Origin: Bacteroidota bacterium
GTDB lineage: Bacteria; Bacteroidota; Bacteroidia; Bacteroidales; CAIXZF01
Length of the DNA stretch: 64,000 nucleotides
Reading direction: 5' to 3'
NCBI GenBank assembly: GCA_037132075.1
Contig: JBAXPV010000009.1
Span: 45,168-109,167 of the forward strand
Shown one piece after another: positions 30,148-39,767 of this stretch (positions are counted from its first letter, which is position 1; each line of letters starts with the position of its first letter). Both the position numbers and the translations under genes were made by a program. The notes under the pieces were generated by a model that searched no databases, was not told where the DNA came from, and saw only the letters and a program-made list of their open reading frames with translations.

Positions 30148-30726
30148 TTAAATGTTTGAAAATTTATACATCGTCTTCGTGACCTGAAGTATATGCCCGA
30201 GCACATCTCCCTTGCCGGCCTGGTTAAAATAGCTGTGCTGACAAAGCTTAAGCGGCGTCGGTTTGTCAGAGGAGGGTGAATATTCTATCAGGAGTTCGTT
30301 GGAATCATTTAATGAAAAAAAGACGTTTGTTTTCAGATTGCCAGGGTATCCCTCTTCGCCATCCTTGCTAAAGTACTCCAAAATAAGCGAATTTGATCCA
30401 GGATTTTGAAGTTCAGTCACCTCCCAATATACTGAATTAAAACCTTTTATCCCTCCATGGAGGTGATGGTGTCCTTCGTTTTTTGTCAAGTGATATTTTT
30501 CTCCCCCGATTGAGAAAGTTCCGCCAGCGATTCGGCTTGCATAAGGTCCAATGATAGCACCAAAATAAGCCGAATCCCTCAAATAACTTTCGGGAAGGTC
30601 ATGGCCTAACACAATATCAGCAGCTTCCCTTTGTCGGTCAGGAACCCAAAGAGAGGTGATAATCCTTCCAAAATTCAAGACGTTCAGGCGAATGCCTGAA
30701 TTGTTGGCCAGGGTAAAAAGCGTCAC
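30148..30726 (-). pseudogene. Aldose 1-epimerase (galM-like) N-terminal fragment, truncated after the HSYFN region
   Basis: 192 aa with a GTG start. The sequence NFGRIITSLWVPD...DIVLGHD...HLHGG..GF..VYW...EGYPG...QHSYFNQAG matches the first half of GalM (family length about 340-380 aa). The ORF stops 2 nt before the aldolase ATG, so the catalytic C-terminal half is missing. Confidence 0.7.
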
Positions 30727-30764
30727 AGGCTGTGTTCTGGAAATTCAGCGGACTGTTAAAAACC

Positions 30765-30875
30765 CTATTGGAAGCCTTTTTTCTCTTTTTTCTCTTTTTT
30801 AGCTAACTTTTTCTCCTTCGCCGTTTTTGCTGGCTCTTTTTTCGTTTCTTTCTTTACGGTCTTTTCTTTTGACAT
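30765..30875 (-). CDS. Candidate 36-aa Lys/Glu-rich small protein
   Basis: Hand-translated as MSKEKTVKKETKKEPAKTAKEKKLAKKEKKEKKGFQ*, which is below the ORF-track length cutoff. A perfect -7 box lies 23 nt upstream. Confidence 0.35.
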   Translation of the reverse strand: MSKEKTVKKETKKEPAKTAKEKKLAKKEKKEKKGFQ

Positions 30876-30898
30876 TGGAGTATGGTTTTACTGTAAGG

Positions 30899-30906
30899 CA
30901 AAGTTA
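30899..30906 (-). promoter_or_regulatory. -7 box TAACTTTG upstream of the small K/E-rich ORF
   Basis: Perfect TAnnTTTG on the minus strand. Its TAA is the stop codon of the methyltransferase gene. Confidence 0.35.
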
Positions 30907-31761
30907 AGTTATTTTGTCAAATGTTCTCAGCACACTTTCTTTCCTGAAATTTAAATCTTCAAGCGTGCTTTCTTTTTCAAAAATAATAAAAGTATGTTTA
31001 TTCAACAAGTGTTTCGGATTGATATTAATCTTTAGCTGTTCATTATAAACTTCAGTTTTCCCGGCACCAGGGATTTCGGGGTGTTTGCGGAGGTTTTTGA
31101 AATAACGGAGAAAGGAACTAATCAGAATCAGGGGATAAAAGAAAGGAAACAGCGCCAGGGAGCCCTTGCTGAGTCTGACATACTGAATTTCTTTAATTCT
31201 GAACCCGGAGAGCTTTGCCAATATCCTTAGCTTTTGTAGTCCGGCCAGAAAAATATGACCATGATAAATATGATTAGAAACAGTTTTGTCGGTCATCCAG
31301 ATGTCATCGATCTCATTCGGAGGCATCTGTTTCATCGTTTCACTTTCGAAAAGCAAATAGCTGAATTTAGAGGCGAGGTTTGAAAAAGAAGGTGCCGTAA
31401 TTACAAGCTCGGCATTCAGTTTTAACACTCGGTTAAATTCCTGAAATGCTTTGAGTTGGTCGCTCAGGTGTTCGATGCCTTCCTGGCAGATGAGCAGGTC
31501 TGCATATTGATCGCTTACCGGGATTTTATCCGTCAGGTCAGCCTGGGTACAATGAATGCCACTCAGCTTGAAGTATTCCGGAAAGAGATCAAATGCCTCG
31601 GCCCTGGCTCCGAGTTGAAGCAACAATTGCGTGGTAACACCGCTGCCAGCCGGGATATCAAGTACAATCTTATCTTTTAATTTCGAAGCACACCGCACTA
31701 AATACCTTTTTACATGATATTTAATGCTTTTTGGATTCTTCAGCGGGTCTGCTTCCATCAC
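30904..31761 (-). CDS. Class I SAM-dependent methyltransferase
   Basis: 285 aa. SAM-binding motif I VLDIPAGSGV, followed by an acidic residue (AFD) and post-I/II motifs. It starts 2 nt after the kbl stop. Confidence 0.75.
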   Translation of the reverse strand: MMEADPLKNPKSIKYHVKRYLVRCASKLKDKIVLDIPAGSGVTTQLLLQLGARAEAFDLFPEYFKLSGIHCTQADLTDKIPVSDQYADLLICQEGIEHLSDQLKAFQEFNRVLKLNAELVITAPSFSNLASKFSYLLFESETMKQMPPNEIDDIWMTDKTVSNHIYHGHIFLAGLQKLRILAKLSGFRIKEIQYVRLSKGSLALFPFFYPLILISSFLRYFKNLRKHPEIPGAGKTEVYNEQLKININPKHLLNKHTFIIFEKESTLEDLNFRKESVLRTFDKIT

Positions 31762-31763
31762 AG

Positions 31764-32963
31764 CTAAATAGCGCCCAGCTTCTTTCCAACCTTCGTGAAC
31801 TTCTTGATGGCGAACTCGATATTTTCTGTGGAATGTGCCGCACTAAGCTGCACCCTGATACGGGCATGCCCCTTTGGTACCACAGGGTAGGAGAAGCCGA
31901 TGACATATATCCCTTCAGTCAGCAATTCTTTGGCGAAAGCCTGGGCTATTTTTGCATCATCTTTCAGATGGCCAAACAATACGGGCGTAATGGGATGCGT
32001 TCCGGGAACGATCCTGAATCCGGCAGCTTCCATGCCTGAACGGAAAAGCTGGGTGTTTTCGTTGATTTTGTCAATCAGCTCATGGTTTTCTGACAGCAGG
32101 TTAAGCACTTCCAAGGTTGCACCTGCAATGGCTGGTGCCAGGGAATTAGAGAAAAGGTAAGGCCTTGACCGCTGCCTGAGGTATTCAACGATTTCTTTCC
32201 TTCCGGAGATACATCCGCCGGAAGCACCCCCAAGGGCTTTACCAAAGGTGGTCGAGATGATGTCGACACGATCCATGCTGTTGCAATGTTCATGGGTGCC
32301 TCGTCCATTCGGGCCAATGAAGCCAGTGGCATGGGAGTCATCTACCATCACCAGAGCATCATACTTTTCGGCCAGGTCACAGATCTTGTCGACTTGTGCA
32401 ATGATTCCATCCATAGAAAAGACACCATCCGTTACAATGATTTTAAACATAGCATTCTGAGCCTGCTGAAGCTTGGCTTCCAGGTCTTCCATGTTGTTGT
32501 TTTTGTAACGGTAGCGTTGCGCTTTGCATACCCTTACCCCGTCGATGATGGACGCATGATTCAATTCATCAGAAATGATCGCAGAATATTCATCGAATAA
32601 AGGCTCAAAAACACCGCCATTGGCGTCGAAGGCCGATGAAAACAAAATAGTGTCCTCCATGCCCAGGAATTCGCTGAGTTTTTTCTCAAGGTCTTTGTGC
32701 ACTTTCTGGGTGCCACAGATAAAACGGACTGAAGCCATGCCAAAACCCCAACGGAAAAAGGCCATATTAGAACCGGCCATCACCCGGGGATCATTGCATA
32801 AACCCAGGTAGTTGTTGGCACAGAAGTTCAGGACATCGAGTCCGTTATCAGTTTTGATATGAACACCCTGTGGTGTCATCAACACTCTTTCTTCTTTGTA
32901 GAGCCCTTCGCTTTTAATGCGGTCCAGTTCGTTTGCGAGATAGTCTTTGAATTTTCCGTACAT
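31764..32963 (-). CDS. kbl: Glycine C-acetyltransferase (2-amino-3-ketobutyrate CoA ligase)
   Basis: 399 aa. Long blocks are identical to E. coli Kbl as I recall it: [75 protein letters not shown]. Confidence 0.9.
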   Translation of the reverse strand: MYGKFKDYLANELDRIKSEGLYKEERVLMTPQGVHIKTDNGLDVLNFCANNYLGLCNDPRVMAGSNMAFFRWGFGMASVRFICGTQKVHKDLEKKLSEFLGMEDTILFSSAFDANGGVFEPLFDEYSAIISDELNHASIIDGVRVCKAQRYRYKNNNMEDLEAKLQQAQNAMFKIIVTDGVFSMDGIIAQVDKICDLAEKYDALVMVDDSHATGFIGPNGRGTHEHCNSMDRVDIISTTFGKALGGASGGCISGRKEIVEYLRQRSRPYLFSNSLAPAIAGATLEVLNLLSENHELIDKINENTQLFRSGMEAAGFRIVPGTHPITPVLFGHLKDDAKIAQAFAKELLTEGIYVIGFSYPVVPKGHARIRVQLSAAHSTENIEFAIKKFTKVGKKLGAI

Positions 32964-32976
32964 AGTATTGAGTAGA

Positions 32977-34260
32977 TTAGTTTATTCCTCTTATCATTCC
33001 TGCCCCAACCGTGTCGTTGGTGGCCTCATCAATCAGGATCAGGCTGCCGGTATTGCGGTTGCGGTGGTAAGAGTCGTAGATCAAGGGTTTGGTTGTTTTT
33101 AAAGTGACACAGGCAATATCGTTCAGCCCAACATGAAGATCATCGGTGATCTCATCCAGGTTGTTGACATTGATTTTAAATTTAACTTCTTTTACCAGGG
33201 CTTTAACCTCACTGCTGGTATGCCGTAAAATATACTTTCCGCCAGGCTGTAAAGGCTTTTCATGCATCCAGCAGAGCATGATCTCAATGTCCTGGCTTAC
33301 CGTGGGCAAATTGTCGCTTTTGACGATCATGTCGCCCCGGCTGATGTCGATGTCATCTTCAAGCCTTAGTGTTACCGACATGGGCGGGAAGGCTATGTCA
33401 ACCTCTGTATCCGCTATGTCGATTGCCTGAATCCTGGACTTTTTCATCGAAGGAAGCACGACAATTTCATCGCCTTTGGCAAAAGTACCGCCAGCTATCC
33501 TTCCGGCATAACCCCGGTAATCGTGAAATTCATGAGAGATTGGACGGATCACGTACTGAACCGGGAACCGGGCATCTTCAAGATCCTGGTCATTGGAAAT
33601 CTCAATGTTTTCGAGAAGGTAACGCAAAGTCCCACCGGTATACCAGTCCATATTGGAGGATGGTTCCACCACATTGTCTCCCAACAACGCACTAATCGGG
33701 ACAAATCGGATATCCTTCACCTGGAGCTTGTCGTCGAATTGCAGATATTTCTCTTTAATGGATTCATAGACATCCTGATTAAAATCAACCAGGTCCATCT
33801 TGTTGACACAAACGATCACATGAGGTATTCCGAGCAGTGACGCAATATAGGAATGACGATAAGTCTGTTCAATGACACCAATACGGGCATCGATCAAAAT
33901 AAGGGCAACATTGGCAGTGGAGGCGCCGGTGACCATATTCCGGGTATACTGAATATGACCAGGGGTGTCAGCAATGATAAATTTTCTTTTTGGGGTAGCG
34001 AAATACCGATAGGCAACATCGATGGTGATCCCCTGTTCACGTTCTGCCCGGAGGCCATCCGTGAGCAGTGCCAGGTTGATATGTTCACCGCCCCGCTGGA
34101 TGCTCGCACGTTTTACGGCTTCAAGCTGGTCTTCAAAGATTGATTTGCTGTCATATAAGAAGCGGCCGATTAGTGTACTTTTTCCGTCGTCGACACTGCC
34201 AGCGGTCGTGAACCGCAACAGCTCCATATCCAGATATCCCTTGGTACTAAAATCCTCCAT
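32977..34260 (-). CDS. cysN: Sulfate adenylyltransferase subunit 1 (GTPase subunit, no APS-kinase fusion)
   Basis: 427 aa. GTPase motifs [14 protein letters not shown] and NKMD, with an EF-Tu-like beta-barrel C-terminus. Confidence 0.92.
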   Translation of the reverse strand: MEDFSTKGYLDMELLRFTTAGSVDDGKSTLIGRFLYDSKSIFEDQLEAVKRASIQRGGEHINLALLTDGLRAEREQGITIDVAYRYFATPKRKFIIADTPGHIQYTRNMVTGASTANVALILIDARIGVIEQTYRHSYIASLLGIPHVIVCVNKMDLVDFNQDVYESIKEKYLQFDDKLQVKDIRFVPISALLGDNVVEPSSNMDWYTGGTLRYLLENIEISNDQDLEDARFPVQYVIRPISHEFHDYRGYAGRIAGGTFAKGDEIVVLPSMKKSRIQAIDIADTEVDIAFPPMSVTLRLEDDIDISRGDMIVKSDNLPTVSQDIEIMLCWMHEKPLQPGGKYILRHTSSEVKALVKEVKFKINVNNLDEITDDLHVGLNDIACVTLKTTKPLIYDSYHRNRNTGSLILIDEATNDTVGAGMIRGIN

Positions 34261-34301
34261 TTTCTCAATTCTTCATTTAAAATTCATTCCGTGGTCCAGG
34301 A

Positions 34302-35210
34302 TTAAAAATAACCTTCCTTTTTCCGGTCTTCCATGGCTGCCTCCGAGCGTTTGTCGTCAGCCCTGGAGCCACGTTCTGTAACACGGGTGGCTGCAGTCTC
34401 TGCGATGATGTCTTCCAGGCTGTTTGCGGATGACAGCGACAGACCCGTGCATGAAATATCACCGATAGTACGGCAACGAACCTGGCGAACTTCAGATTTC
34501 TCTTCCGGACGCTGCATCATAAAAGGCGCTGTAGCGAGCCAGACCCCATCCCTGAAAAAGACTTCCCGCTGATGCGTGAAATATAGACTGGGTAAAGGGA
34601 TGTTTTCAAGCATAATATACTGCCATACATCCATTTCTGTCCAGTTGCTGATAGGAAATACCCTGAAATGCTCACCGATATGCTTTCTCCCATTAAAAAG
34701 ATTCCAGAGCTCAGGACGCTGGTTTTTAGGATCCCATTGACCAAATTCGTCACGATGGGAAAAGAAACGTTCTTTGGCACGGGCTTTCTCTTCATCACGT
34801 CGTGCACCTCCCATGGCTGCAGTAAACTTGTTTTTTTCCAGTGAGTCGAGCAAGGTGGTGGTTTGCAAGACATTCCTGCTGGCGTTAAAGCCTTTTTCTT
34901 CCACACTGCGGCCTTGGTTTATCGATTCCTGGACAGAGCCAATTATCAGCTCTGCGCCAATTTTCTGTACCAGTTCATCACGATAATCCAGCGTTTCCTG
35001 GAAATTATGACCTGTGTCGATGTGTAATAAAGGAAAAGGTAAACGGGCAGGCCAGAAAGCTTTCGATGATAAATGCGTTAAAACGATAGAGTCTTTTCCT
35101 CCTGAGAAAAGAAGAACAGGGCGTTCAAACTGAGCCACTACTTCCCGGATTACGAAAATTGCCTCAGATTCAAGTTCCCTTAAATGCTTCATACTGTATT
35201 GATCCGTCAT
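34302..35210 (-). CDS. cysD: Sulfate adenylyltransferase subunit 2
   Basis: 302 aa. PP-loop LLFSGGKDS, and a C-terminus ...RADDKRSEAAMEDRKKEGYF typical of CysD. Confidence 0.93.
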   Translation of the reverse strand: MTDQYSMKHLRELESEAIFVIREVVAQFERPVLLFSGGKDSIVLTHLSSKAFWPARLPFPLLHIDTGHNFQETLDYRDELVQKIGAELIIGSVQESINQGRSVEEKGFNASRNVLQTTTLLDSLEKNKFTAAMGGARRDEEKARAKERFFSHRDEFGQWDPKNQRPELWNLFNGRKHIGEHFRVFPISNWTEMDVWQYIMLENIPLPSLYFTHQREVFFRDGVWLATAPFMMQRPEEKSEVRQVRCRTIGDISCTGLSLSSANSLEDIIAETAATRVTERGSRADDKRSEAAMEDRKKEGYF

Positions 35211-35247
35211 AATTTCCCTGCCGTTACTCTCTAAAAAAAGAGGTTTG

Positions 35248-35255
35248 CAAAGGTA
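35248..35255 (-). promoter_or_regulatory. -7 box TACCTTTG for cysD and the downstream same-strand string
   Basis: Perfect TAnnTTTG on the minus strand, 38 nt upstream of ATG 35210. Confidence 0.45.
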
Positions 35256-35351
35256 GGTAAAAAATCAATCAGAAGATCTGCGATTTTCGGCAATGAACAG
35301 AACTAAAACCCTGGACAATTGTTCTAAATGGACCGAAAAGTATTGCAAATA

Positions 35352-35359
35352 TAAATTTG
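35352..35359 (+). promoter_or_regulatory. Possible -7 box TAAATTTG for the M6-like protease gene (would give a ~95-nt leader)
   Basis: It is the only perfect TAnnTTTG on the plus strand between cysD and ATG 35460. Confidence 0.25.
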
Positions 35360-35459
35360 GAACCAGACTTCACAATTTTTTACTGCTGAAAGTGGTTCAA
35401 GCAATTATATTTACCGAAATTTGTCACCATTCCCTGAATCAGAGTTTAATTTTTTCACC

Positions 35460-38400
35460 ATGAAAATAAAAAATCACTCAATTATATTGTTGTTAGTCTG
35501 GATATTGTGTCTTAATTCATTGTCCATAAAAGCCGCATATCTCCAGAATATGCCGCTGAAAGTCACCCAGCCAAACGGAATTGAACTTTCATTGCTGACC
35601 TCTGGTGATGAGTATCATCAGCGCGTTCATGACTTAAATGGTTATACAATACTAAGAAATACCAAAGGGTGGTATGTTTTTGCTGTACGCCAGAATGGGA
35701 AACTCATCCCAGGCTTGGCTGTTGCAGGACTTGATGACCCAAAATCTTTCGGATTGAAACCAGGACTTGACATCTCTGCTGAAGAATGGAAATCATTACG
35801 ATCCAACTTCTGGGATCATACACCAAAAGCCAACAAGCCAAGCCAATTGCCGACACTCACCACCGGTACCGTTAACAACCTGGTGGTGTTTATCCGTTTC
35901 TCTGATCAAACGGCTTTCCCGACCAGCTTAAACTACTACGACAGCGTTTTTAATGACAATGTACCCGGGGCTAATTCCATGTATAATTATTACAAAGAAG
36001 CCTCATATAATAACATGACAGTTTCGTCGACTTTTTATCCGACACCTTCCGGTACAATTGTCTTGTCATATCAGGATTCGCATACCCGCAATTACTACAG
36101 TCCATGGGATACCCTCACAAACCCGACAGGTTATAAAAGTAATGAGCGGACAAGCCGTGAGCACGACCTCCTAAGAAGTGCGGTGTCCAGTATTGCAAGC
36201 CAGGTTCCTGTAGGCCTTAACCTGGATTTTAACAGTGATGGCAATATTGACAATGTGTGTTTCATCATCCGCGGAGGGACTACTGCCTGGTCTTCTATTT
36301 TGTGGCCACACCGCTGGTCGGCCTATACATCCCCGACGGTAAATGTAAACGGGAAACATTTTTATGATTACAACATTCAGATTGAGACCTTCCTTAATAC
36401 TTCCGGCGTAGGCGTACTGGCTCATGAAATGTTTCACACTTTTGGTGCTCCTGATCTCTATCACTACACCTCTAATGGAATGAGCCCTGTCGGTGTCTGG
36501 GATATCATGGATGCCAATCAGAACCCGCCTCAGCATATGTCGGCTTTTTTGAAATATAAATATGGAGGTTGGATTGCTTCGATCCCAACAATCACATTGC
36601 CAGGGACATATATCTTAAGTCCTTTGACATCTTCCACCAATAACTGCTATAAAATTCCTACCAGCGCTTCGGCTACAGAGTATTTTGTACTCGAATACCG
36701 AAGGAAAATAGGCAGCTTTGAGAGTTCTCTTCCCGGTTCCGGTCTTGTCATCTACCGGATCAATACCCTTGCCGGTAATGGCAATGCAGATGGACCTCCT
36801 GATGAAGTCTATGCTTTCAGGCCCGGCGGTACTCTGACAGCCAACGGAACCATTAGCCAGGGCTTTTTTAACAATACGATCGGAAGGGTTGCTTTTAACG
36901 ACACCACCAACCCTCGCTGTTTCCTTTCAACCGATAGTAATGCACATGTAAATATCTATAATATTAGCGCGGCCGGTAACACTATATCATTCCAGGTTGG
37001 GATGACACCGATTGCAAATTTCAGCGCTGGTGTTTTGGTCACCTGTCCCTATCAGACTGTGGGTTTTAGTGATATTTCAGGCGGAAGTATCACCAGCCGT
37101 TTGTGGTCATTTAGCCCAAATACTGCTGTCTTTGTCAATGGAACAAGTGCGGCCTCTTTAAACCCGGAAGTTCAGTTTCCTGCTGCCGGGAATTACTCAG
37201 TAACGCTGACTATTTCAGGACCTGCCGGCAGCAATACGATGACAAAAAGTAATTACATCCATATCAACAATGCCAGCGTGACTCCCTTTGCCGACAACTT
37301 TGAATCAGGGACCTTCGCCACAAAAGGCTGGGTCGTGAATAATCCCGATGGGCAGACCAGCTGGGCATTTACGAGCAGTGCTGCCGGGAATGGTTCGAGC
37401 ACAAAGAGCGTTTTTATGGATTTTTATAACTATGATAATGCAGGGACTGTTGATGAGCTGGTCTCGCCGGGAATCTCTTTGCCCCAGGCAGGAAGCGCAA
37501 AGCTTAAGTTCAAAGTAGCCTACCGACCCTATAGTGATATTTATAAGGATTCATTGAAAGTCGCTATTTATAACAACTGCGGATCCACTTTGGCCGCGAT
37601 CCCTTATGCCAAAACCTATGCTACACTTGCAACCGGAGCTGATGATGTCAACCCTTTTACGCCTGCTGTTGCAAGCGATTGGCGGACCGACTCGATAGAC
37701 CTCACAGCGTATCTTGGGCAGACGATCGTAGTTAAGTTTATTGCCGTTGATGGTTATGGGAATAATTTATATCTCGACGACATCAACCTGACATCCACCC
37801 AGGCAAGTGTGGTGGCAAATTTTTCAGCCAACAATACAAGTGTTTGCCAGAGTGCTTCAGTCAGTTTCACGGATCTTTCATTGGGAAGTCCAACCAGCTG
37901 GTCCTGGACTTTTGGTGATGGCGGGACTTCCCTGCTTCAAAACCCTAGCCATCAATATCTGACAACAGGTCTGAAGACTGTTAGCCTCACAGTTACCAAA
38001 TCCGGTAACAGCAACACCATGACCAAGACTTCCTATATTAATGTTACGCAAAGTACGCCTGTCAGTGTTTCAATATTGAATTCGCCATCAACAACAGTTT
38101 GCGTCGGGACGTTGGTTTCCTTTACTGCAGTTTCTGTCAATGGCGGAACCAACCCCGTATACCAATGGAAAGTCAATGATGTTAATGTTGGAAATAACAG
38201 TCTGAATTATGCGTACGTTCCTCTGAACGGAGCCCAGGTTAAATGCGTGGTGACTTCCAACCAGGGCTGTGTTTCCGGAAACCCTGCCACGTCGAATGTG
38301 ATCAGCGAATCGGTGATGGGAACCCCTGTCGTAAACCTCGGGAATGATACTACAATTCCTGCCTCTGACAGCCTGATGCTTGATGCAGGTGCCGGCTCTC

Positions 38401-39692
38401 TTTATTACCAATGGAATTCCGGGGAAACAAGCCGGTATAAAAAGGTACTGTCGAGCGGGACCTATTCCGTTACCGTTTCAAACGGACTCACTTGCTATGG
38501 GGTTGATTCTATAAATGTAAAACGCGGATATACTGACATATACGGCAATGCAGCCTATCTGAATCTTAATTCTACAGCGCTTGATAGCGTGTTGGTAAGC
38601 TTGAAATCAGGGAATTCCGTGATCCAATCACAATGGTTAATAACAGGCGGGCATTACCATTTTATAAATGTAGCCTCAGGGACATATTCCCTGGAGGCTG
38701 TTTGCAACAAGACCTGGGGCGGTGCAAACGCATCTGATGCCTTATTGGTCCTGAAGCATTTCGTTAACATTGCTCCACTCACAGGCGTTAAACTAAAAGC
38801 AGCCAATGTCGACAACAGTGCTTCTGTTAATTCCCTGGATGCAATGTTGATTTCCAGGCGGTTTACCGGATCTATAACTTCTTTTGCAGCAGGGAATTGG
38901 GTTTTTGAAAAACCGGTTTTTGTTTTCACCGGCAATGCCAATGTTACTCAAAATATCAAAGGTTTGTGCACCGGTGATGTCAATGGCTCCTATCAGCCCT
39001 ATGCTAAAATGGAAGCGGGAGCCCACCTTGAGCAAAGTGGATACGCTCAGTCAGATTCTTTAGGGATCTGCACGATACCTCTTTTAAGCGGGCAATCTAT
39101 GAGCCTCGGTGCATTGTCAATGATAATGAATTTCCCTTCAGAGAGTTATGAATTGATTTCGTTGAAATTCCCATCCTCATATGACGGCCAGTTGGACTAC
39201 CTTCTCGAGCAGGGGCTTCTCAGGATTTCCTGGTTTAGCCTGACACCAGTCGTACTTAAGGAACTTGATCCCGTCATTGAATTAAAAGTCAGGAAATTGC
39301 GTTTAGATGTGACCGCTTTTAATTTAAATTGTTTGCCGGGAACCGAACTGGCCGACGAACTGGCTACGCCTTTTAGGGATGTAAAGCTTTCATATCCTCA
39401 AGTTTTATCTCAGGATCAATCCGGACTTCTTCATTTGGAGGTGTTCCCAAATCCTAGTAAAGGGAATTTTACATTGGAGTTGATAGCAGGCGACAAGGAA
39501 GCCCTTGATTACTATATCACCAATTCATTGGGTGAAAAAGTATTCGAAGAAAAGAACCTGAGTGGGAATGGTCATTATCTGCGTCAGCTAGATTTGTCAT
39601 ATCTGTCTGATGGAATGTATTTTATAAGCATGAAAGCTAATCATGGCCTCCTGACACAAAAACTCATTATCCAGGGCTCGGTAAAGAAATAA
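35460..39692 (+). CDS. Secreted multidomain zinc metalloprotease (M6/immune-inhibitor-A-like catalytic domain, PKD repeats, CarboxypepD_reg-like and dockerin-like module, T9SS C-terminal sorting domain)
   Basis: 1410 aa from ATG 35460 (the ORF track starts at TTG 35421), with a signal peptide. HExxH motif HEMFH at 36423-36437. PKD-like repeats (FSDISGGSITSRLWSF..., FTDLSLGSPTSWSWTFGDGGTS...). Dockerin-like ANVDNSASVNSLDAMLISRRFTG. C-terminal domain LEVFPNPSKGNFTLEL...GMYFISM. Confidence 0.8.
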   Translation: MKIKNHSIILLLVWILCLNSLSIKAAYLQNMPLKVTQPNGIELSLLTSGDEYHQRVHDLNGYTILRNTKGWYVFAVRQNGKLIPGLAVAGLDDPKSFGLKPGLDISAEEWKSLRSNFWDHTPKANKPSQLPTLTTGTVNNLVVFIRFSDQTAFPTSLNYYDSVFNDNVPGANSMYNYYKEASYNNMTVSSTFYPTPSGTIVLSYQDSHTRNYYSPWDTLTNPTGYKSNERTSREHDLLRSAVSSIASQVPVGLNLDFNSDGNIDNVCFIIRGGTTAWSSILWPHRWSAYTSPTVNVNGKHFYDYNIQIETFLNTSGVGVLAHEMFHTFGAPDLYHYTSNGMSPVGVWDIMDANQNPPQHMSAFLKYKYGGWIASIPTITLPGTYILSPLTSSTNNCYKIPTSASATEYFVLEYRRKIGSFESSLPGSGLVIYRINTLAGNGNADGPPDEVYAFRPGGTLTANGTISQGFFNNTIGRVAFNDTTNPRCFLSTDSNAHVNIYNISAAGNTISFQVGMTPIANFSAGVLVTCPYQTVGFSDISGGSITSRLWSFSPNTAVFVNGTSAASLNPEVQFPAAGNYSVTLTISGPAGSNTMTKSNYIHINNASVTPFADNFESGTFATKGWVVNNPDGQTSWAFTSSAAGNGSSTKSVFMDFYNYDNAGTVDELVSPGISLPQAGSAKLKFKVAYRPYSDIYKDSLKVAIYNNCGSTLAAIPYAKTYATLATGADDVNPFTPAVASDWRTDSIDLTAYLGQTIVVKFIAVDGYGNNLYLDDINLTSTQASVVANFSANNTSVCQSASVSFTDLSLGSPTSWSWTFGDGGTSLLQNPSHQYLTTGLKTVSLTVTKSGNSNTMTKTSYINVTQSTPVSVSILNSPSTTVCVGTLVSFTAVSVNGGTNPVYQWKVNDVNVGNNSLNYAYVPLNGAQVKCVVTSNQGCVSGNPATSNVISESVMGTPVVNLGNDTTIPASDSLMLDAGAGSLYYQWNSGETSRYKKVLSSGTYSVTVSNGLTCYGVDSINVKRGYTDIYGNAAYLNLNSTALDSVLVSLKSGNSVIQSQWLITGGHYHFINVASGTYSLEAVCNKTWGGANASDALLVLKHFVNIAPLTGVKLKAANVDNSASVNSLDAMLISRRFTGSITSFAAGNWVFEKPVFVFTGNANVTQNIKGLCTGDVNGSYQPYAKMEAGAHLEQSGYAQSDSLGICTIPLLSGQSMSLGALSMIMNFPSESYELISLKFPSSYDGQLDYLLEQGLLRISWFSLTPVVLKELDPVIELKVRKLRLDVTAFNLNCLPGTELADELATPFRDVKLSYPQVLSQDQSGLLHLEVFPNPSKGNFTLELIAGDKEALDYYITNSLGEKVFEEKNLSGNGHYLRQLDLSYLSDGMYFISMKANHGLLTQKLIIQGSVKK

Positions 39693-39740
39693 TATAATTA
39701 AAAGGCTGTTCGAGGAAGGAAGGATGTATCCAATTATGTT

Positions 39741-39748
39741 TATATTTG
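39741..39748 (+). promoter_or_regulatory. -7 box TATATTTG for the 39768 gene
   Basis: Perfect TAnnTTTG 20 nt upstream of ATG 39768. Confidence 0.45.
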
Positions 39749-39767
39749 GCTCCTAAACCAATTTTGG

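Noticed and set aside
31764-32963. Whether the kbl-like gene next to cysDN is really a serine palmitoyltransferase or a cysteate acyltransferase (sphingolipid or sulfonolipid synthesis).
   Set aside because: Long blocks are identical to E. coli Kbl as I recall it, which argues for genuine glycine C-acetyltransferase. I kept only the unusual gene context as a finding.
35293-35463. A 57-codon plus-strand ORF in the cysD / protease intergenic region.
   Set aside because: It contains the candidate promoter box (35352-35359) and overlaps the protease start. Its translation is hydrophobic and Cys-scattered with no motif, so it is probably non-coding leader.
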